A stretch of 64,000 bases of DNA from Naegleria gruberi (Eukaryota), in assembly GCA_000004985.1 (NCBI GenBank), contig GG738847.1; one strand, 5' to 3'. Positions 21,134-32,642 of this stretch are shown piece by piece. Below the pieces are notes generated by a model. The model had not been told where the DNA came from. It worked only from the letters and a program-made list of their open reading frames with translations, and ran no database searches. The position numbers and the translations under genes are program-made. Each line of letters begins with the position of its first letter. Position 1 is the first letter of the stretch.

Positions 21134-23877
21134 ATGAACAGGAGTATACAAAATAGACCCCTTGATGTTTTATTTTCAGGGGAATCGAAAGATAGAGTAA
21201 AAGGACAAACACAAATCATACACGGAATTGATGAGCCTATTGTTCCACCAAGGAAAATCAATTCCATCTCATCATCGAGAACTAAAAATCCAATACAAAA
21301 GAGCACAATAATGAATGCTTCTTTTACATCAACAAATAGTTTACGAGAGGATTTACAATCAACAACAAGAAGTTCTTTTTCTAAGGAAGTATTGAATACA
21401 ACAACATCGATCAAATCACCTTCCGATTATACATTTCAAAAAGTTATTAGTTTAATTAATGACAAGTATTCATTCGATTTATATGATAGACATTATGCCG
21501 AATTTCAAAAGGTTTTGGCAAACAGGGAATTAGGATTTTATGTGGACGAGAAAGATGATGTCACATTTCTTGTAAATTATTGTGTTGATATCATTCTTGA
21601 AGGAGAGAAGCCATTAGAGGCAAAAGAAAATTGTATCAAATTATTGGATGCTTTTGTTTCATTATGCTTCATTCCATTGAGAGAACGAAAAGCTAGTGAT
21701 TCTTTAATTAAAGCAGATTCCTATCTTTCAATTGTAAATTCTCTTGGAAAAATTATGAGATTGACTGTGGCTATTGCTAAACCAATTCAAGTTACAGTTG
21801 CTAAGGTAAGCAGCATAAATATTTTACTGAATGACTTAATATTTTCAGTGTTTGAGTGATTTAATTGAAAAATCATTTGATATTGAGTATTTACAGAAAG
21901 CAGTTAAAAATTCTGATATTCTGAGGGATGCTCTTAATGCAATTGTTAATTTGACAAATGAAAAGGAAAAAGTTGACACTGAAATATTTTTGGAGACGAT
22001 GACAGTCATTATGTGTCTTTCCAAGTATTCAGAATTTTCTGAAATTTTGACAAGAGAAGGAGGTTTAAATATTTTAGTCAATGTGCTGAATGCATCCGAA
22101 TTCAATGATATGATTGTATTCAAAGTTGTAGATACTTTGTGGAATGTTGTAGAAGTATTTCCAAAATCCACTCTTTACTTGGGAGATATTTCTTGTGTGA
22201 CATCTCTCTTCAATATCATTCAAGAAATTAATTGCAAGGGATTCAGAACAAAGGACAAAGAATTAAGAAATGATATTTTGATTCTATTTTCCTTCCTTGC
22301 CCGAGAACCTGAAAACCAAACAATCTTGAAGGATTGTGGACTTTTAGAATATCTTGCTGCTGTATCTATTGGATTAGACTTATATCCAGATGCAGTTACT
22401 GTACAATATTCTTTATCATCAACTTCCAATGAAGATTTTGAAATGAAAAAGCTATCATGGACAATTTTGTTCTACCTCACTTTCTCTGATAGCTGCCTTC
22501 CTTTGATTGTTGAGTTGGGATTTACTCTACTCTTATTGGAAACTATAAACGAGAATGGAACAATAATGAACAAATGGAATGAGAATCAAAAATGGGAGCT
22601 TAAAATCATCGCTCTCAAAGTATTGTTCATGTTGAGCGTACGAGTACCTGAGGAATTTTCTAAGGAGCAAGGTTCAAGAATCTGCTTGGAGGTTTTACAA
22701 ACTACAAAAGATGAAACAATTTTGGGAGGATGCTACAATACAATTATGAACATTTCGACAACAGTAATTGGGTCTGTCGACCTTTTTAATGCAGATGTCA
22801 TTCCAATAATGCTTGATGCATGTGTGGATACAGGAGTTTCGTTAAATTCAAGAACTGATGCCATCAGAATTGTTTCTAACGTATGCTCACATGTAATAGA
22901 ATCCAGAGAAGCTTTCAAATTTAATGGAGGTGTTACAAAATCTCTAGTACTTTTAGAGAGTTGTGTGAAAGATTATAACCAGGTGGAAAAGGGTAAGTAA
23001 CATTGAATGAACTTATTTTGTATAACGAATATGTTCAGATGAGTTCATTTTCAATAGTGTGGATTGTGTATGGTCTTGCGTTGTTGGAACAGAAGAGAGT
23101 GAAAAAATATTTATTGATGGTGATGGAATTCACTACTTATTGACCTTACTTACTCTTGTAAATGACTGGATTAAGCTCTCTATTTTGGGTTGTTTAGCAG
23201 ACTTTATGAATTGTTCAATGCAAGCAGTGGATGAAGTATTAACTTGGAAGGGAAGAAATAAGGAAAATGTAGTCACATATCTTATCAAATTGTGGAAAGA
23301 AAACGAAAGTGCTAAATCAGTTAAAGATAGATTTTTCTTAGAAAATATGGAAGTTGATCCAAAAGATTATGATCTGCAAAGAAAGATTTACCATGTCCTT
23401 AATATAATTGGAAATAGAATTGATTCATCTGCTCTTTCGGATGATGACAGTATGGAGCTTGTAAAAATTCAACATTACGACAAGTTACTGAACGATAAGG
23501 CATGGGAAGATATCTGTATGGAGCTTGAACAAGAAAATATTCGACCAACAACTCCAGATAGAGAATTAATTTCAGAAAAATTCAAAGAAAAAGAGGAAAG
23601 AGAAAACAATATTGCCTCTGGTAAGAAGGATATTGTAAATGAAATGCAAAATAGACTTATCAAAGAAGAGGAAACATTCTACAGAACAATTATTGATAGA
23701 CACAGCAATAATGCCTCAACAATGCAAAAACCATTCAACACCTCATTCGACGACAGATACACATGTAAATCAAGAGCAACAGCAAAAACCTCAACAGCTG
23801 TCAAGAATATCAGTGTTCAAGCATTTAAAATAATTGGAGGTTATGTAAATAGAAGAGCAGCAGAAGAAGAAATCTAA
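21134..23877 (+). CDS. armadillo/HEAT-like repeat protein, three exons (21134..21805, 21849..22992, 23039..23877)
   Basis: Three consecutive + ORFs are joined by a 43-nt (GTAAGC..TTTCAG) and a 46-nt (GTAAGT..TATAAC..TTCAG) intron with matching phases. The sequence is rich in Leu-rich helical repeats (..LNILVNVLNASEFNDMIVFKVVDTLWNVVE..). Confidence 0.65.
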
Positions 23878-24162
23878 AACTTCGTAAATAAAACCAAATC
23901 TATTAAGAGAAATGAGTTTATCAATTTAGTCAACCACTTCTCTCCTCACGTCAAACAATCCATCATCACACAAATTCATCATCACATAACATTAAAAATA
24001 ATATTTTAAAAATTTTCAATTAAGAAGATCCTGTGTAACATCCGGACACAGTTCCAACGAAATTAGAGAACATTACACGAACAAAAATTAAACAAGACTT
24101 CATCTTCCAAGAGAGTTCCTTTCTGTTCCTCCTTTCATTGACTTGCAACACTCTACAAAACA

Positions 24163-26994
24163 ATGCAAAAAGAACAAACGCATACCTTCCCTTTTGTTGA
24201 TATTCTGCAGCAGGCAACATTGGGAAATTCATCTACGACTACTCCTAATAATTCAAACAGTGTTGTACAATCTCAACCTCAACAACAACAGCCTACAGTT
24301 CTAACATCAAATCCTATTACTACTAACACAAATCTAAATTCTGATTCGGTTGATCTTGACGAAATATTTAAGTTTATCCAACAACCATCTACATCTTTTG
24401 ATATGAATATTATTAACCACCAATTTAATTCCCTCTCTGATAATAATAGTAACAACATGTATAATAATAACAATACCCGAAGACAATTTTCTGCTGACCA
24501 CCAACAACAACAACAGATAACGAATCAACACCACCATCATCATCACTATCCAAATAACTTCCACCAACAACAACCTCATACTACCAATAATATTGCTGAC
24601 TATGATACATTCCTTCCTGAATTTGATGTCAATGATCAACAAGTATTTGCCACCACTCCAAATAACAATATCCAACAACAACCACACATGAATATTAACG
24701 TAATGCCAATTGTTGATGACAATAACCTCCTCGAATTTATTAATAATGGCGGATATTTACAGGCTCCACAAGGTTACAGCTATATGCAAGCAACCACAAA
24801 TCCACAAACAAACTCCTATCCAAAGGGTTATGGTATTTTCAATCAGGGTGTTCCGTTTGTTAGTGAACAGAATAGTGCTCAACCACTTAAACCAGCTTCT
24901 AATCAATTTTCTGATACAGTGACAGTGTTGAATAGTTTACCAAATTTAAAGGGATATCCTCGTCCACATTCACCACTTTCTGGTTCTACATTATCACCTG
25001 GTTCTACAATTACACCAAGTCCATCTGCTCTCAATGGATTTACTTTCCAAGGTATTCAAATTCCAGATCTGATTAAATTAGTTGAAGGTTTTAATAAGCC
25101 AGTAACTGAAAAGCAAATTGGTGGTCGAGACAATACAAGACATCCATTGCCAAGACAAGTTATTGAATTGGATGTAACAAAACTCCCACAAGATAGTAAC
25201 CCAGCTGTAATTTCTGTTAGACCTTCAGTTATGGGTATTGACAAGTCAACCAGAAAGAATACAGCCCTAGCAGTTTTGGGAGAGAAGCCATTCGTTAAAG
25301 CTTCATCTCATCCAGTTGAGCGATGGGTTGCAATCTTTGATGATATTGTCATTCAATTTGCCTCACATAACAATGGACAAAAACTCAGAATCAAGTTTGA
25401 ATTACTTGATGCTGAAAAGCGAGTTGTCTGTAGTATTGAATCTTATGGATTTGAAACAATTACAAAGAGAGGTATTGAAAAGAAGAAGGAAAGAAGAAAG
25501 ACTAAGGATAAGAGAAAGAGAAATTCTGATACTGAAGAAGACGAAACAGATGAAGCAACCATTGAACATGTTTCTCCTGCCTTTGGTTTTACTTCTGGTG
25601 GTGCTTTGGTTAAGGTTATGGGTTCTGGTTTTGTTTCTACACCACTCTCCAAATGTGTTGTCAGATTTGGAGACAAGGATGCCAGAGAAATCCACACCAT
25701 TAAGAGAAATTACATTGTTTGCGAGACTCCTGAAAGTGAAAAGGCAGGCATCGTTGATGTTTCTGTCATGTTTGGAGAAAGCCTCATTGGTGGTGAAGCC
25801 AAGTTCCAATACATTGACCCAACCAATACCTATGATTTGCAACTCATGATTCAACACATGATTGGTAATCAAAATGCTTTAAATAACTTTAATGCAGATG
25901 CTTCTTCGTTCTCCAACAAGTGTTACGATCAAACCATGTTCTATTCTGGTAAGGTTACAGATGAATGTGGTTTCACTGTTTTGCACCATGCTAGCGCTCG
26001 TGGCTTGTTCGAACTCTCTCAATATTTGGTTACAGAATCTGTTGTTGACATTGATGCCAAAGATAATTATGGCAGGACTGCTTTACATTGGGCCAGTTTT
26101 GCCTCATCAGATCTTGTCTGTCTCTACCTGATTAATAATGGTGCTGACATTTCTGAAACTGATGAAGTTGGCGATAACTTGCTTCATATTGCTTGTAGAT
26201 ATGCTACTGTTGAACATGTTCAAAATGTTCTTGGTGTCTTGTTAAAGCATGACGACAAGTACAGAACTAATACCAACAATATTTATGAACTTTTAACCTC
26301 TAAGAACAATGAAGGTGAAACACCTCTAGATCTTGCTAAGAGCATGGAAATGGATGATTCTGTTATGCAACTCATTTCAGTCTTTGAATCAGCTGCTGAA
26401 TATTGTCAAGCTCGTCTCTCAGAATATAGAATTCATCAACTCAAGAATATCACTTTACGTTCTGGTGAATTCAACGGAAAGACCATTAGCTCTCTTGAAG
26501 GTGAAAATAATAACTTGTCATTCGATATTCAACTCAAGAAGGATAAGTTGGTTTTGTCAATTGACAATGGAGACGGTAACCAAATCAGAGTTTCTATTGA
26601 TTACAAACATATTGCTTTCCTAATCTTGATCAAGCCACAACTCAAAGCAGAAATCACATTAAATACATCACCATTAATTGAGTTTGGTGATGCTAATGGT
26701 AACTGGGCAAGAATTAACAACCACAGATACCTTTCCTCTTGTCTGAGTTTCCATTTAGAAGTTAAAGATTCTACTGATCTCGACAAGATTAACAAGTTCA
26801 TCTGTGATAATGACTTGTTGTATCCATTCCAAACTATGTGCTTCTGTTATAGACCAACAATTGAAGAATCCACAAACAAGCTCAAAACACTCCCATCTTC
26901 AAATACTACCCCAACAACCAATACTGTAAATAAGGTGACCATGATTTCACCACAAGTAGATTCAATCAATCAAAGACAAACAAACATTTTTTAA
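24163..26994 (+). CDS. IPT/TIG-domain plus ankyrin-repeat protein with polyQ/N/H tracts (Spt23/Mga2- or CAMTA-like transcription factor architecture)
   Basis: Long low-complexity N-terminus (Q, N, H runs), then a TIG domain (..HVSPAFGFTSGGALVKVMGSGF..CVVRFGDKDAREIHTIKRNYIVCETPESEKAGIVDVSVMF), then at least two ankyrin repeats (..GRTALHWAS.., ..GDNLLHIACRY.., ..EGETPLDLAKS). No CG-1 domain or transmembrane segment seen. Confidence 0.65.
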   Translation: MQKEQTHTFPFVDILQQATLGNSSTTTPNNSNSVVQSQPQQQQPTVLTSNPITTNTNLNSDSVDLDEIFKFIQQPSTSFDMNIINHQFNSLSDNNSNNMYNNNNTRRQFSADHQQQQQITNQHHHHHHYPNNFHQQQPHTTNNIADYDTFLPEFDVNDQQVFATTPNNNIQQQPHMNINVMPIVDDNNLLEFINNGGYLQAPQGYSYMQATTNPQTNSYPKGYGIFNQGVPFVSEQNSAQPLKPASNQFSDTVTVLNSLPNLKGYPRPHSPLSGSTLSPGSTITPSPSALNGFTFQGIQIPDLIKLVEGFNKPVTEKQIGGRDNTRHPLPRQVIELDVTKLPQDSNPAVISVRPSVMGIDKSTRKNTALAVLGEKPFVKASSHPVERWVAIFDDIVIQFASHNNGQKLRIKFELLDAEKRVVCSIESYGFETITKRGIEKKKERRKTKDKRKRNSDTEEDETDEATIEHVSPAFGFTSGGALVKVMGSGFVSTPLSKCVVRFGDKDAREIHTIKRNYIVCETPESEKAGIVDVSVMFGESLIGGEAKFQYIDPTNTYDLQLMIQHMIGNQNALNNFNADASSFSNKCYDQTMFYSGKVTDECGFTVLHHASARGLFELSQYLVTESVVDIDAKDNYGRTALHWASFASSDLVCLYLINNGADISETDEVGDNLLHIACRYATVEHVQNVLGVLLKHDDKYRTNTNNIYELLTSKNNEGETPLDLAKSMEMDDSVMQLISVFESAAEYCQARLSEYRIHQLKNITLRSGEFNGKTISSLEGENNNLSFDIQLKKDKLVLSIDNGDGNQIRVSIDYKHIAFLILIKPQLKAEITLNTSPLIEFGDANGNWARINNHRYLSSCLSFHLEVKDSTDLDKINKFICDNDLLYPFQTMCFCYRPTIEESTNKLKTLPSSNTTPTTNTVNKVTMISPQVDSINQRQTNIF

Positions 26995-27157
26995 ATAAAT
27001 AATTTATTTATTATTTACAGCACCAAAACTTTGAGTTTAATAATGTTAAGGTTAGTAATTTAACCTGTAATTTTGAAAATATTGATATTAACATTAATAA
27101 ACTCAAAGTAATAGACTAATCGTAAATTATTGTTCCAAATTAAAACTTACAAAAAAA

Positions 27158-28264
27158 ATGACTGATGAAAATCCACCACTCATCATTGATAATGGTTCCT
27201 CTCTAATGAAAGCTGGTTTTTCTGGTGATGAAGCTCCACTTGCAGTCTTTCCCACAGTAACTTCACAACAAAAAGTAGCACCCATCCTCCTTTCAATGGG
27301 CTCTATCACAACATACGTTGGAGATAATGCATTGTGTAGGAGGGGTATTAATGTTTACAAATATCCAATTGATCGTGGATTGATTACTGATTGGTATCAT
27401 ATGGAAAAGATATGGCATCATACATTTTATAATGAGTTAAGAGTTGCTCCTGAAGAACATGAAGTATTATTGATGGGAATGCCATTAAATTCAAAGGAAA
27501 CGAAAGCGAAAATGGCACAAATCATGTTTGAAAGTTTTAAGGTGCAAGGTTTGTGTTTGGCAAATCAATGTGCCATGTCAATATTTGCAAGTGGTAGAAT
27601 GACAGGTGTAGTATTGGGATCAGGAGATGGCGTCACTAATTCAGTACCTATTTATGAAGGATATGCCCTATCACATGCCACCAATAGATTGGAATTAGGA
27701 GGCAAAGACCTGACAGATTATTTGAAGAAAATGTTAATGGAACGAGGATATAATTTCAACACCATGGGCGAAACTGCAATAGTCATGGATATGAAGGAAA
27801 AAACTGGTTATGTTGCCAGTAATTTTGTGGAAGAAACAGCGAAAGAAAGTTTATATGAATTACCAGATGGAAATGTAATTTCACTTGGAAGGGAAAGATT
27901 CAAAACTACTGAGATATTATTTCAACCAAATCTTATTGGAATGGAGGTTGCTGGAATTCATGAAAATATTTTCACTTCTATTAGAAAGTCAGATTTGGAT
28001 ATTAGAAAGGAATTGTATTCGAATATTGTTCTTTCAGGAGGATCGACATTGTTTAATGGAATTGTTGAACGATTGAATAATGAGTTGAGAGAAATATCTC
28101 CCTCCACAATGAAAATTCGAATAACAGCACCACCAGAAAGAAAGTACAGTACATGGATTGGTGGCAGTATTTTCTCCCAATTGCCAACTTTCCAATCAAC
28201 TTGCATAACAGCACAGGAATATGCAGATGTTGGTAGTGCAATTGTTCATAGGAAATGTTTCTAG
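27158..28264 (+). CDS. divergent actin-like protein (about 50% identical to conventional actin by eye)
   Basis: Full-length actin fold: IIDNGSS..KAGFSGDEAP, DSGDGVTNSVPIYEGY, LSGGSTLF, KIRITAPPERKYSTWIGGSI, and the canonical C-terminus IVHRKCF. aaaaaaaATG start. Confidence 0.85.
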   Translation: MTDENPPLIIDNGSSLMKAGFSGDEAPLAVFPTVTSQQKVAPILLSMGSITTYVGDNALCRRGINVYKYPIDRGLITDWYHMEKIWHHTFYNELRVAPEEHEVLLMGMPLNSKETKAKMAQIMFESFKVQGLCLANQCAMSIFASGRMTGVVLGSGDGVTNSVPIYEGYALSHATNRLELGGKDLTDYLKKMLMERGYNFNTMGETAIVMDMKEKTGYVASNFVEETAKESLYELPDGNVISLGRERFKTTEILFQPNLIGMEVAGIHENIFTSIRKSDLDIRKELYSNIVLSGGSTLFNGIVERLNNELREISPSTMKIRITAPPERKYSTWIGGSIFSQLPTFQSTCITAQEYADVGSAIVHRKCF

Positions 28265-28353
28265 TAAACCATAAAGTCAAGGGAGGATTTCACGTATTAA
28301 GGAACGGTTATATCACGATGAAGGTTGAAAAACCTTAATTTACATTAAGTAAT

Positions 28354-28471
28354 GGCTACGGCCATATCACGATGAATGCACCTCATCCCGTCCGATTTGA
28401 GAAGTTAAGCATCGTCGAGCCACATCAGTACTGAGGTTGGAGACAACTTGGGAACCTGTGGTGCTGTAGTC
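28354..28471 (+). rRNA. 5S ribosomal RNA (copy 1) with a downstream T6 terminator
   Basis: GGCTACGGCCATATCACG...CATCCCGTCCGATTTGAGAAGTTAAGC...GTACTGAGG...GGGAACCTGTGGTGCTGTAGTC followed by TTTTTT. The 3' end can pair with the 5' end (helix I). Upstream at 28290-28350 is a degenerate partial copy of the 5S 5' end (cggttatatcacgatgaa). Confidence 0.9.
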
Positions 28472-28854
28472 TTTTTTGAATCTGTGAATACTGTAACAAT
28501 ATTTGAAGACTCAAACTCGAAATTTGAAGGTTTATTGATCAACCACAAGTTTCTATTTCTAAATAGATAAAATTCAAAGGTGATATATAGATGGTCACGT
28601 AGCAAGCTTTTCTAAACAACAAACTTACTGAACCAACAATCAATAGATTCGTTGCCTTCACTGTTCATACAGTCAAAGACTGTAGCGGGATAGTCGCCAT
28701 ATTCCTGGCAGGCTTCCCGTCTTAATTGTTTTACAAATGAAATAACAAACTTAATTTTATGGAGACTCACACTTTATTCTAATGTTAAATAATAATTAAA
28801 AGCAAAATTGTTTCAAAAATTTAGCCTTTTTAAAGAAATTGATTTCTGTTTCAA

Positions 28855-29259
28855 TTATTTACGCTTGTAAATATCAACTTTCTTATTCTTCTTGCCACCT
28901 CTTCTATTCTTTCTATTCTTTCTATTCTTCTTTCTGTAAGTGTCAATTCTTCTCTTCTTATTAAATCTTCTCTTCTTTCCATAAACATCAATCTTCTTTC
29001 TGATAATTCTCTTCTTTCCATATCTCTTCCATCCTCTTCTCTTTCTTCCATAGGTGTCAATGTACTTGTTGAGCTTTCTATTGTTCTTTCTCTTCTTGAG
29101 TCTGTATTTCTTGAGATTTCTCTTCTTGTTATTCTTTCTAATGTATAAGGAAAGTGTTGAGGCAGCAGTTGATTCTTCTGCAGAAACTCCAGAAGTGAAC
29201 GAAAGTGCAAGAATTGCCAAAGTCAAGGCAATCAATAAGATTGAAACGAATCTTTTCAT
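28855..29259 (-). CDS. small secreted, extremely basic repeat protein (134 aa)
   Basis: aaaaaATG start, then signal peptide MKRFVSILLIALTLAILALSFTSGVSA. The mature region is about 50% Lys/Arg with periodic (I/V)D(T/V/I)Y(G/R)KK(R/N)R units. The longer track ORF upstream of this ATG does not look coding. Confidence 0.6.
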   Translation of the reverse strand: MKRFVSILLIALTLAILALSFTSGVSAEESTAASTLSLYIRKNNKKRNLKKYRLKKRKNNRKLNKYIDTYGRKRRGWKRYGKKRIIRKKIDVYGKKRRFNKKRRIDTYRKKNRKNRKNRRGGKKNKKVDIYKRK

Positions 29260-30023
29260 TTTTTGTTTTTTTGATTGTGTTTGAGAAGTGAAACATGTTT
29301 CAGTATTTAAATGTTTGAAAAGAATAGTTTGATTAGTATATTGATTTTTATGGTATGATTGAAGATGAATGATTTTCCATAAAGAGAGTAGCCACAGATT
29401 TTGGACATTGTACATTTGGTCTTTGTTAATCGGTGCGGATAATTGAACAAGAACAGAATGAAAGAACTTCAATGGTTGGATTGTGCACAAAGATGTGGAA
29501 TATCTTGGAATGAAAAAAATTCCAATGTTTAAAGAACGAAAGGACTGTAAAGAAGTACTACAGTTGGTTACAAAAAAAGTCCATATTGAGTTTACAATGA
29601 CTCTATTCAACGATTATTAAAGGCACAAGACAAGTTTCAGATTGTTACAATCAAAGAAACTATAAAGAGTTGAATTTCTGGTTAAGGTATGTTGAAAAAT
29701 AGAGACAATATTGAAACTGAATTAATCTGATATACATCGTGCTTTTTATATTCTTGTTCTTAAAAGTGCTAGTAGTTTCAAGTTGTCAAATGAAGAGTGG
29801 GAATCCTCTCTTTAACTTTCGTACAGTTTGAAAATGAGATAAACAAGAGGTGCTTACCACTTGAGAACAAGCATTGTTATAAATGTTTGTTGTTGATTTC
29901 GGTTGGTTTATGAGGATGAAAAGGAAATATCAACTATTCTGAAAGAGAAAATTCACAACTTTTATACTAATTTACATTTATTAATCATCACAAGCACGAA
30001 CGATATTAATCAAAATAGAATTT

Positions 30024-30203
30024 TCATTTGGTTTTTACATCTCCTCTCTTTACAGCAGCCGATCTTTTATCAACATTTCCATTTTTGGTGAGAAGAACAT
30101 CACCACTTTTAACAGCAGCTGATCTTTTGTCAACGGAACCACTAGATGTGAATCTGACTTCGTTGTTTTTTGCTGCAGAGCTTCTCTTGTCGACGTTACT
30201 CAT
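30024..30203 (-). CDS. possible small repeat peptide (59 aa; three or four VDKRSAAVK.GDV repeats)
   Basis: ATG in an aaaaaaaaaATG context. The peptide and the DNA are internally repetitive. It could instead be a non-coding repeat. Confidence 0.3.
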   Translation of the reverse strand: MSNVDKRSSAAKNNEVRFTSSGSVDKRSAAVKSGDVLLTKNGNVDKRSAAVKRGDVKTK

Positions 30204-30486
30204 TTTTTTTTGGAGAATTGTTGAAACTGTCAAATTTCAAGCCTGTCAAATTCTATTAATATTTTTGCAAAATTGTAACGTCTTCGGAATCTTGTTTGTA
30301 AGCTAGTGTTTAATTCCGAAATTCCACAGGTTTTGCATTAATATTTCTCTTTCGGAATGTTTGAAATATTTGAATTCCTTTCTAATAGAAAAAGAAATGA
30401 GAAAATAATTATTTGAAAGTTGTAAACAAAATCTTATCCAAATAATCTATTTCATGAATATATACATAAACATAAGATTACAATTT

Positions 30487-31599
30487 CTAGAAATATCTTC
30501 CCTGAACAATTCGAGGTCCAGTTTCTTCATATTCCTCCTTTGTTATCCAATGTTGTTGAAACATTCCAAGTGTTGAAAGTATTGATCCTCCAATCCAAAC
30601 TGAATATTTTCTCTCAGGTGGAGTAATGATATTGACATGAAATGTTGAGGGAGCTAGCTCTACAATTTCCTTTTTCAATCTCCTTTCCAATCCTTTCAAC
30701 ATGGTATTTCCACCAGAAAGAACAATACTCCCATACAAATTCCTTCTCATTTCGACATCACATTTAACGACAGAGTGAACGGCCTTCTCATGAATTCCTA
30801 GAGAATCCTTTCCAATTAAATTTGTTTGAAAAAGTGCTTCTGGACAAGTGAATAATTCCTTTCCAATATTAATTACATTCCCATCGGGTAGTTCATAATT
30901 CTGTTCCACCACTTTTTCATTTTCATAATCATATGCCACATGGCAGAGTTTCTCCTTAATATCTCTAACAATTTCCTTTTTAGTAAAGGGTGAATATTCC
31001 AAATCTTTCAACAAGGTCATTAAATATTGAGTCAAATCGCTACCAGCCAAATCCATATACGAAAGTGCTGTATTAGGATACCCTTCATAAACAGGAACTG
31101 TAAGTGTCATGCCATCTCCTGAATCCACCACAAGACCAGTTGTCCTCCCAGATGCATACAGAGCCAGCACTGAATGATTAGCAACATACATGGCTGGAAC
31201 TCCAAAGGTTTCGAACATGATTCGTGTCATCTTTTCTCGATTTGCTTTCGGATTCAATGGTGATTCAGTCAACATGATGGGATGATGCTCCGGAGCAATA
31301 CTCAATTCATTGTAAAATATGAAATGCCACAATTTTTCCATATCTTCCCAATTCGAAACTAAACCACGTTCAATAGGATTTGATAAATCCAACAGTCCTC
31401 TCTTTGATTGAGCTTCATCACCAACAAATACACTCCGTTGACCTAAGAGAGAAGAAAGTTTGGAATTTTGTTTTGGTTTTCCAATAATTGATGGCAAAAC
31501 ACATCTCGGAGCATCGTCACCTCCAAAACCAGCTTTTGATACTCCAGAACCGATATCAATGATCACTGGTTGAGGTTCTTCATCATTATGATGTGACAT
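30487..31599 (-). CDS. divergent actin-like protein (closer to actin than the 27158 paralog)
   Basis: Full actin fold: [75 protein letters not shown]. The C-terminus IVQGRYF deviates from canonical HRKCF. Confidence 0.85.
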   Translation of the reverse strand: MSHHNDEEPQPVIIDIGSGVSKAGFGGDDAPRCVLPSIIGKPKQNSKLSSLLGQRSVFVGDEAQSKRGLLDLSNPIERGLVSNWEDMEKLWHFIFYNELSIAPEHHPIMLTESPLNPKANREKMTRIMFETFGVPAMYVANHSVLALYASGRTTGLVVDSGDGMTLTVPVYEGYPNTALSYMDLAGSDLTQYLMTLLKDLEYSPFTKKEIVRDIKEKLCHVAYDYENEKVVEQNYELPDGNVINIGKELFTCPEALFQTNLIGKDSLGIHEKAVHSVVKCDVEMRRNLYGSIVLSGGNTMLKGLERRLKKEIVELAPSTFHVNIITPPERKYSVWIGGSILSTLGMFQQHWITKEEYEETGPRIVQGRYF

Positions 31600-31711
31600 T
31601 TATATGTTGGTATTTTTTAATTTTGAAAATTTGTTTGGTCCAAAATTACCTATGTTCGCTTTTCATCATCTGTATCAAAGATCCTTAATTTAAATAAAAT
31701 AATATAAAATT

Positions 31712-31784
31712 TGCCGACACCAGGGATCGAACCAGGGACCTTAAGATCTTCAGTCTTACGCTCTCCCAACTGAGCTATGTCGGC
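31712..31784 (-). tRNA. tRNA-Phe (anticodon GAA)
   Basis: The reverse complement reads GCCGACATAGCTCAGTTGGGAGAGCGTAAGACTGAAGATCTTAAGGTCCCTGGTTCGATCCCTGGTGTCGGCA, nearly identical to eukaryotic tRNA-Phe. A T-run follows the 3' end. Track ORF 31650..31835 overlapping it is spurious. Confidence 0.95.
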
Positions 31785-31877
31785 TTCTTGATCAACATAA
31801 ATTAATCTTCTCATCAGAACAACACGTGTAATCAATTTTTGTTTTTTATTGGGATTTAATATTACAGATTAGGTTTA

Positions 31878-32642
31878 TTATTTTTGATTTTTTACATAAT
31901 CATTCAATGAAAGTGGTTTAACATTGAAGAGGTCGTTATCAGTTTTTGGTGGATGTGCAACTCCTGAAATTGCAATCCATTGCAATTGTTGATATATAAT
32001 TGGACCAATTTGTTCTGGTTTCAATCCTTGTTGAATTTCTTTCTGGATGTGATTCTTCAAATCTTGGGCGGATCCCAACTTTTCAAATTCGAGTTGAGTT
32101 TGAGGGAAACTCAAGTGAGCTAATTCTTCTAAGGTCTTTTCATCACCAGCAACGTTTATTGATTTGTTCTTTAATTGTGGATTCAAAGATGCTTCGACAA
32201 CATACTTGGCAATATCTGAAGTGTCAGTCAATTGGATTCTGACATTCAAATCTCCATAGTATTTAACAGTGTCATTCTCCTTTTGGAATAAGAAACTTGG
32301 AAAGAAAGCATAACTATAGAATAATCCATTGTGAATCAATAGATAGTCAACTTGGTTTTGAGATTGCAAATCACTAATCAATTTCTTCTTTGGATCGATG
32401 AGGAAACTATCACCTAATTGCAAATAATCTTGGAAATTGAAACCGTAACTTGAAGGAACAAACTTTTTAACACCACTCAACTTGGCAGCATTCAATAATT
32501 TCAGTTGACCATCATAAACAATTGACTGATCTCCAGAAAGTGCGCTTACAATGACTTCAATTCCTTTGAATAATTGAGCCAAATCTTCAACACTTGAAGT
32601 TACAACATCTCCCTCAATAATGTGAGCATTAGAAATATTCAT
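31878..32642 (-). CDS. NmrA-like/atypical SDR-family protein (isoflavone-reductase-like); N-terminal Rossmann segment not found
   Basis: Resembles the NmrA/PCBER family from about residue 50 onward (..GIEVIVSAL..DGQLKLLNAAKLSGVKKFVPSSYGF..). The expected GxxGxxG N-terminal exon was not convincingly located in 32643-33000. Confidence 0.5.
   Translation of the reverse strand: MNISNAHIIEGDVVTSSVEDLAQLFKGIEVIVSALSGDQSIVYDGQLKLLNAAKLSGVKKFVPSSYGFNFQDYLQLGDSFLIDPKKKLISDLQSQNQVDYLLIHNGLFYSYAFFPSFLFQKENDTVKYYGDLNVRIQLTDTSDIAKYVVEASLNPQLKNKSINVAGDEKTLEELAHLSFPQTQLEFEKLGSAQDLKNHIQKEIQQGLKPEQIGPIIYQQLQWIAISGVAHPPKTDNDLFNVKPLSLNDYVKNQK

Noticed and set aside
28405-28605. 66-aa ORF on the minus strand
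   Set aside because: It lies antisense across the 5S rRNA gene and its terminator. No start context and no coding character.
28600-28760. U1-snRNA-like 9-mer CCTGGCAGG plus an Sm-site-like AATTTTATGG downstream of 5S copy 1
   Set aside because: The spacing of 65 nt does not fit U1 and there is no U1-70K loop motif. The 5' sequence would not pair with the GTAAGT/GTTTGT donors used here. Probably coincidental.
29260-29610. N-terminal 117 codons of track ORF 28855..29610
   Set aside because: The sequence upstream of the a-run ATG at 29259 (MNRVIVNSIWTFFVTNCS...) is hydrophobic, low-complexity nonsense. The real protein starts at the signal peptide.
31650-31835. 61-aa ORF on the minus strand
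   Set aside because: It overlaps the tRNA-Phe gene completely and is a translation of the tRNA and its flanks.
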